A DNA stretch of 64,000 nucleotides from an uncultured Actinomycetota bacterium (lineage in GTDB: Bacteria; Actinomycetota; Actinomycetes; Prado026), in NCBI GenBank assembly GCA_963849365.1, contig CAWKHA010000002.1, positions 3,091-67,090 on the forward strand, in the 5' to 3' direction. The notes beneath the pieces were generated by a model. That model ran no database searches. It worked only from the letters and a program-made list of their open reading frames with translations, and was not told the origin of the DNA. The position numbers were made by a program, and so were the translations under genes. This document shows, in pieces, positions 59,250 through 64,000 of the stretch. Each line of letters opens with the position of its first letter. The first letter of the stretch is position 1.

Positions 59250-61892
59250 CTAGCCGGCCACCGCCCGGTGCGCGGTCGTGAAACGGTCCGCGCGGCGCCG
59301 GACCCGGTGCGTGGCCCGGCGTTCCCGCACCGCGGGCACCGGGGCGATCCGGCGGTAGAACCACGCCTTGGTGAACTCGATCAGGACGAGGTAGCTGGCC
59401 ACCATCAGCACCAGCGTCAGGAAGAACGCCCACGGCAGGGGCTGGAAGCCGAGCGCCCCGGCCACGGGCGACTCGGGCAGCAGCGCGCCCACCGTGGCGA
59501 CGCTGACGGCGGCCAGCAGCAGGGCACGGCTGGGCCGGCTGCGCATGAACGGCACCCTGCGGGTCCTGATGCAGAAGACCACCAGCGTCTGCGTCGCCAG
59601 CGACTCGACGAACCAGCCGGAACGGAACAGCTCCGGACCGGCGTCGAACACCCAGAGCATGACGCCGAAGGTCGCGAAGTCGAAGATCGAGCTGATCGGG
59701 CCGAACACGAGCATGAACCGCCGGACGAAGGAGATGTCCCACCGGCACGGCCGCTCCACCTCCTCCGGGTCGACGCGGTCGGTGGGGATGGCGAGCTGGC
59801 TCGTGTCGTACATCAGGTTGTTGAGCAGGATCTGGCTGGGCAGCATGGGCAGGAAGCTCAGGAACGCGGACGCGCCGGCCGCGCTGAACATGTTGCCGAA
59901 GTTGCTCGACGTGCCCATCAGCACGTACTTCATCGTGTTGGCGAAGATCCGCCGGCCCTCGGCGACACCGTCGGCGAGGACGCCCAGGTCCTTCTCCAGC
60001 AGGACCACGTCCGCGGCGTCCTTGGCCACGTCGGTGCCCGAGTCGACCGAGATCCCCACGTCCGCGGCGTGCAGCGCCAGGGCGTCGTTGACCCCGTCGC
60101 CGAGGAACGCGACGTCGACGCCCGTGCTGCGCTGCGCGCGGACGATGCGGGCCTTCTGCTCGGGGCTCATGCGGGCGAACACGGTGGTCGCCCGCACGGT
60201 CTCGACGAGGTCCCCGTCCGCCACCTCGTCCAGCTCGGCCCCGGTCAGGGTGCCCTGCACCTGCAGGCCGAGCTCACGGCACACCCGCTCGGCCACCTTG
60301 GCGTTGTCCCCGGTGACCACCCTGACCGCGATGCCGAGCGCCGCGAGCCGGGCCAGCGCCGGTGTCGCGCTCTTCTTCGGGGCATCCAGGAACACCAGCA
60401 GGCCGGCGAGCTCCAGGTCGCTCTCGTCCTGGGTCACCAGTGTGGTCCGGTCCGCGGCCGGGCGGGTGGCGATGGCGACCACCCGGCTGCCGGCATCGAA
60501 CTCCGCCTCGAGGGCGGCTCGGGCGGGGGCCGAGACGTGCGTGCAGCGAGACAGGACCGTCTCCGGAGCGCCTTTGGTGATCTGCACGGCGGTGCCGTCG
60601 GGACGGCGCACGATCACCGACGACATCTGCCGGTGGTGGTCGAACGCCAGGACCGCGACCTCGGCCCAGCCGGCCACGTCCGCCGCGACCCGGGTGGCGG
60701 CGGCCGACTCCCACAGGGCGACGTCCAGGGCGTTGCCGCCGACCGCGCGGCCGCCCTCCACAACAGCCTCGTTGCACAGCAGGCCCAGGCGCAGCGGTTC
60801 GTCGGCGGGCTGCCCGTCCGGGCCCAGCGCCCTCATGAAGGTGATCCGCCCTTCTGTCAGCGTGCCGGTCTTGTCGGTGAACAGCACGTCGATGTCGCCG
60901 AGGTCCTCGATGCAGACCAGGCGCTTCACCAGCACCTTGTGCCGGGCGAGCTCGTGCGAGCCGCGGGCCAGGCTCGTCGAGACGATCGCTGGGAGCAGCT
61001 GCGGGGTGATGCCCACCGCGATCGCGAGCGAGAACAGCAGCGCGTCCAGGATCGACCGGTGCTGCAGGACGTTGACGACGAAGATGAACACGGTCAGGAC
61101 CGCGGCCACCTGCACGAGGAGCATCGAGAACTGGCGCAGCCCGACCTGGAACTCGGTCTCGGGTTCGCGCTCGGTCAGGCCCACCGTGACCCGGCCCAGC
61201 TCGGTCCGCGCCCCGGTCGCGACGACGACGCCGCGCCCGCTCCCGGCCTGCACGACGGTCCCCATCAGCGCGCAGCTGACCAGCTCCGGGAGAGCCGTTC
61301 CGGCGGGCACCGGGGACACCGCCTTGGCCACCGCCGACGACTCACCGGTGAGAACCGACTCATCGCACTCCAGATCGTCCACGTGCAGCAGGCGCAGGTC
61401 CGCCGGCACCACCTCGCCGGCCTGGATCTCGATGACGTCGCCGGGGACCAGGTGTCCGACGTCGACCTGCTGTCCTTCGCCGTCCCGCCAGGTCAAGCAG
61501 TCGTAGCGGATCCGGGAACGCAGCGCCTGCGCCGCCTGCTCGGCCCGGAACTCGTTCCAGAATCCGAGGCCGACCGAGACCACCAGGATCGTCCCGATGA
61601 TCACCGCGTCCGCCTGCTCCCCGACGAAGTACGAGGCGGTCGCCGTCACCGCCAGGAGCAGGAGCAGCGGTGACTTCAGCTGCCGGCCGAGGACGGACCA
61701 GGCACGCGTGCGCCTGACCCGCACCGCGTTGGGACCGAACTGCGCCAGCCGGCGCGCAGCCTCCGACCCGCTGAGCCCGGACGCAGTGGTGGCGAGCTCT
61801 TCGAGCACGGCGTCGACCGGCCTCGCGGCCGCCACGGCGAGGTGCGCGGCGACCGTTGGCCGGGAGGCGACCAGATCCGTGCTCTGGGTCAC
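59250..61892 (-). CDS. mgtA: Magnesium-translocating P-type ATPase
   Basis: [58 protein letters not shown] and GWFVESL.TQTL. Confidence 0.93.
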   Translation of the reverse strand: MTQSTDLVASRPTVAAHLAVAAARPVDAVLEELATTASGLSGSEAARRLAQFGPNAVRVRRTRAWSVLGRQLKSPLLLLLAVTATASYFVGEQADAVIIGTILVVSVGLGFWNEFRAEQAAQALRSRIRYDCLTWRDGEGQQVDVGHLVPGDVIEIQAGEVVPADLRLLHVDDLECDESVLTGESSAVAKAVSPVPAGTALPELVSCALMGTVVQAGSGRGVVVATGARTELGRVTVGLTEREPETEFQVGLRQFSMLLVQVAAVLTVFIFVVNVLQHRSILDALLFSLAIAVGITPQLLPAIVSTSLARGSHELARHKVLVKRLVCIEDLGDIDVLFTDKTGTLTEGRITFMRALGPDGQPADEPLRLGLLCNEAVVEGGRAVGGNALDVALWESAAATRVAADVAGWAEVAVLAFDHHRQMSSVIVRRPDGTAVQITKGAPETVLSRCTHVSAPARAALEAEFDAGSRVVAIATRPAADRTTLVTQDESDLELAGLLVFLDAPKKSATPALARLAALGIAVRVVTGDNAKVAERVCRELGLQVQGTLTGAELDEVADGDLVETVRATTVFARMSPEQKARIVRAQRSTGVDVAFLGDGVNDALALHAADVGISVDSGTDVAKDAADVVLLEKDLGVLADGVAEGRRIFANTMKYVLMGTSSNFGNMFSAAGASAFLSFLPMLPSQILLNNLMYDTSQLAIPTDRVDPEEVERPCRWDISFVRRFMLVFGPISSIFDFATFGVMLWVFDAGPELFRSGWFVESLATQTLVVFCIRTRRVPFMRSRPSRALLLAAVSVATVGALLPESPVAGALGFQPLPWAFFLTLVLMVASYLVLIEFTKAWFYRRIAPVPAVRERRATHRVRRRADRFTTAHRAVAG

Positions 61893-62452
61893 CCGGCGTC
61901 CTGCCGCCTGGGCTCACCCGCCACCGGGCCCGACGCCGCGCTGGCCAGGGACCGACCCCACTGCTCGGCGCGATCGGCCTCCCCCGCCTTGAGCCCGGTC
62001 GTCTTGACGACAAGGAAGCTCTGCGGACGGTCCGCCGCCGTGAACCCGGCGCGGCGCAGCCGCTGCGCGATGCCGCGCGACGCGCGACCGGTGAACGCGG
62101 CCGGCCCGTCGACCCTGGTGTCAAAGGCGGCCGCCGCGCCGCTGCACACCGGCAGGCCGGTGAACCACTCGCGCAACCCGATGCCCCCGGCGCCCGGTTC
62201 CACCGGGCTCGTGCTGCTGTACTTCGTCGGCTCGTCCACCGCGGCCTTGCGGGTCTGCGGGCGGGACATGCCGTGCGCGTGCGTGGGCCCGCCGACGACG
62301 ACGAGGTCCGCGTGCAGAACGCTCACGACGTCGGCCTCGCTGACGCGGCGCACGTCCACCCGCTCGAACGTCGACCGCAGCCCGACGGCCACCCGCTCGG
62401 CGATCTCCCGGGTGTTTCCGAACATCGACTCGTACACGACCAGTGCGCGCAT
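61889..62452 (-). CDS. Flavodoxin-domain protein
   Basis: ALVVYESMFGNT..IA, VVGGPTH, G.REW and AAFDTR. Confidence 0.88.
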   Translation of the reverse strand: MRALVVYESMFGNTREIAERVAVGLRSTFERVDVRRVSEADVVSVLHADLVVVGGPTHAHGMSRPQTRKAAVDEPTKYSSTSPVEPGAGGIGLREWFTGLPVCSGAAAAFDTRVDGPAAFTGRASRGIAQRLRRAGFTAADRPQSFLVVKTTGLKAGEADRAEQWGRSLASAASGPVAGEPRRQDAG

Positions 62453-62483
62453 GGCCCGCTCCTTTCTGCTTCGGGTCCGCGAG

Positions 62484-63494
62484 TCAGAGCTGGAAGACCA
62501 CGCGGGCCGGGACGTCCCCTGAGAGCACTTCGTCGATGCACGCGTTGACCTCGTCCAGCTTGCGCTCGACGGCGATCACGGTGGTACGCCCGGCCGCGTG
62601 CAGGGCGAAGACGTCGGCCAGGTCGTTCCTGGTCCCGACGATCGAGCCGATGACCGACTTCCCGTTGAGCACCGTGTCGAAGATCGGCAGCGTCATCGTC
62701 CCGTCGGCCGGCAGCGCCACGCAGACCAGCCGGCCGCCGCGGCGCAGCGACCGGTACGCCTGGTCGAACGACTCCGCGGACGCCGCCAGCGCGACCGCGA
62801 CGTCTGCCCCGCCCAGGTCGCGGATCGCGCGGACCGGGTCGGTCGTGCGGGCGTTCACGACGTGGTCGGCGCCGAGCTCCCTGGCCATCGCGAGCTTGCG
62901 GTCCGTCACATCCACGCCGACGACGAAGCCGCCGGCGATCCGCGCGTACTGCAGAGCAAGGTGACCGAGCCCGCCGACACCGAAGACCGCGACGGTCTCC
63001 GCCGGCGCCACCCGCGCCACCTTGATGGCTTTGTACGTGGTGACGCCTGCGCACGTCAGCGGCGCGGCGTCACGGGAAGAGACCGCGTCCGGGACCGGTG
63101 TGGCGAAGGCGGCCTTCACGACGGTGAACTCGGCGAAGGCGCCGTTCACCGAGTAGCCCGAGTTGTGCTGGCTCTCGCACAGCGTCTCCCAGCCACCGAC
63201 GCAGTACCGGCAGTGTCCGCAGGCGTAGCCGAGCCAGGCGATCGCCACGCGGTCCCCGACCGACCGGTCGACGACCGCCGAGCCCAGCCGCTCGACGCGG
63301 CCGACGCCCTCGTGCCCCGGGACGAACGGCGGCGTCGGCCGGACCGGCCAGTCGCCGCGAGCGGCATGGATGTCGGTGTGGCAAAGACCGCTGGACTCGA
63401 TCCGCACGAGGACCTCGTCTGGTCCGGGCTCGGGGATGTCGATGTCCTGAAGCTCCAACGGCGAGCGGAAGTCGGTGACGACGGCAGCCTTCAT
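62484..63494 (-). CDS. adhP: Zinc-dependent alcohol dehydrogenase (AdhP-like)
   Basis: CHTD.H, GHEGVG, CG.C.YC..G.E..C, LTCAGVT.YKA and GVGGLGH. Confidence 0.93.
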   Translation of the reverse strand: MKAAVVTDFRSPLELQDIDIPEPGPDEVLVRIESSGLCHTDIHAARGDWPVRPTPPFVPGHEGVGRVERLGSAVVDRSVGDRVAIAWLGYACGHCRYCVGGWETLCESQHNSGYSVNGAFAEFTVVKAAFATPVPDAVSSRDAAPLTCAGVTTYKAIKVARVAPAETVAVFGVGGLGHLALQYARIAGGFVVGVDVTDRKLAMARELGADHVVNARTTDPVRAIRDLGGADVAVALAASAESFDQAYRSLRRGGRLVCVALPADGTMTLPIFDTVLNGKSVIGSIVGTRNDLADVFALHAAGRTTVIAVERKLDEVNACIDEVLSGDVPARVVFQL

Positions 63495-63542
63495 GGCTGG
63501 CTCCTTCGCATGCTCACGGACAGTCGGCTTCTTGCTGTCTCG

Positions 63543-63585
63543 ACTCTGGCCGGTCTGGACCGGCGGACGTAGGGCCGTAGGGCCC
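63543..63585 (-). promoter_or_regulatory. DosR-like box plus -10 for adh-flavodoxin-mgtA
   Basis: Palindrome AGGGCCGTAGGGCCCT at 63571-63586; CAGAGT (minus) at 63543-63548. Confidence 0.65.
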
Positions 63586-63630
63586 TTGGACGCGGCCGGC
63601 TACCGGCCGCAGCGGCACACCCGAAGAAGC

Positions 63631-63669
63631 GACCCGGTGCCCTGGGACTGAGCCCAGGGGCACCGGGTC
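63631..63669 (-). terminator. GC-rich hairpin, probable intrinsic terminator
   Basis: GACCCGGTGCCCTGGG-actgag-CCCAGGGGCACCGGGTC, 24 nt after the stop of the last gene, followed by GCTTCTT on the minus strand. Confidence 0.7.
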
Positions 63670-63693
63670 GGAGCGGCGAGCCGCCGGTTGCAG

Positions 63694-64000
63694 CTAGGCC
63701 TCGACCGGAGCCGGGACCCGGGAGCCTAGCTCGGCGTCCACCGCCGTCTTGCGTGCGTGCACCAGGCCGAGCACCGAGAGCAGGATCAGCACTCCTGCGC
63801 CGACGAACGAGGCGATGGCGGCGAACCAGGCGATCGTTCCCATCTTCCCGAATGCGTAGGCGTTGAGCAGCAGACCGCGCAGCGCGTTGCCCTTGAACAG
63901 GGTGTTCGCCTGGCCCTGCAGTGTGGTGTTGGTGGGGTCGGCCTGTGCGGCCGAGCTGACCTGGGCGTAGGTCTTGCCGTCGGCCACCTCGTTCAGGTGG
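63694..64000 (-). CDS. Conserved actinobacterial membrane protein (5'-truncated by the window end)
   Basis: GKTYAQ...TLFKG.ALRGLLLNAYAF followed by a TM helix; the frame is open to the window edge. Confidence 0.7.
   Translation of the reverse strand, partial: HLNEVADGKTYAQVSSAAQADPTNTTLQGQANTLFKGNALRGLLLNAYAFGKMGTIAWFAAIASFVGAGVLILLSVLGLVHARKTAVDAELGSRVPAPVEA

Overview
High-GC actinobacterial DNA, inferred from the orn/tRNA-His linkage, the actinobacterial-type narGHJI and a DUF222-HNH gene. The left end holds tRNA-Arg(UCU) with a possible att junction, then three secreted-protein genes (GH26-like, a beta-propeller with Ca-binding repeats, and a Kelch protein); the last two share an uncharacterised C-terminal domain. 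Most of the rest (about 5.9-63.6 kb) is a clustered hypoxia/dormancy (DosR-like) regulon. It contains five universal stress proteins, an Acg-type nitroreductase, an ArnR-like regulator with narK-narGHJI, an Rv2004c-like kinase, a class I aldolase, a Balon/Rv2629-like aeRF1-fold protein, GT4-GH65-GDE sugar enzymes, Hsp20, three P-type ATPases (one frameshifted), a DUF1918-DUF1876 fusion, arginine deiminase with a permease, flavodoxin and ADH. I read about 15 copies of a 14-bp GGGAC-N4-G(T/G)CCC-like palindrome by eye, most with an xAxxxT hexamer 23-24 nt away. The best candidate for an undescribed system is a translationally coupled operon, acsA-E1alpha-E1beta-E2-ACP-ppsA, with no E3 gene. No dosR/dosS genes and no CRISPR array were seen. 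All family calls come from motif recognition only; no database search was run.
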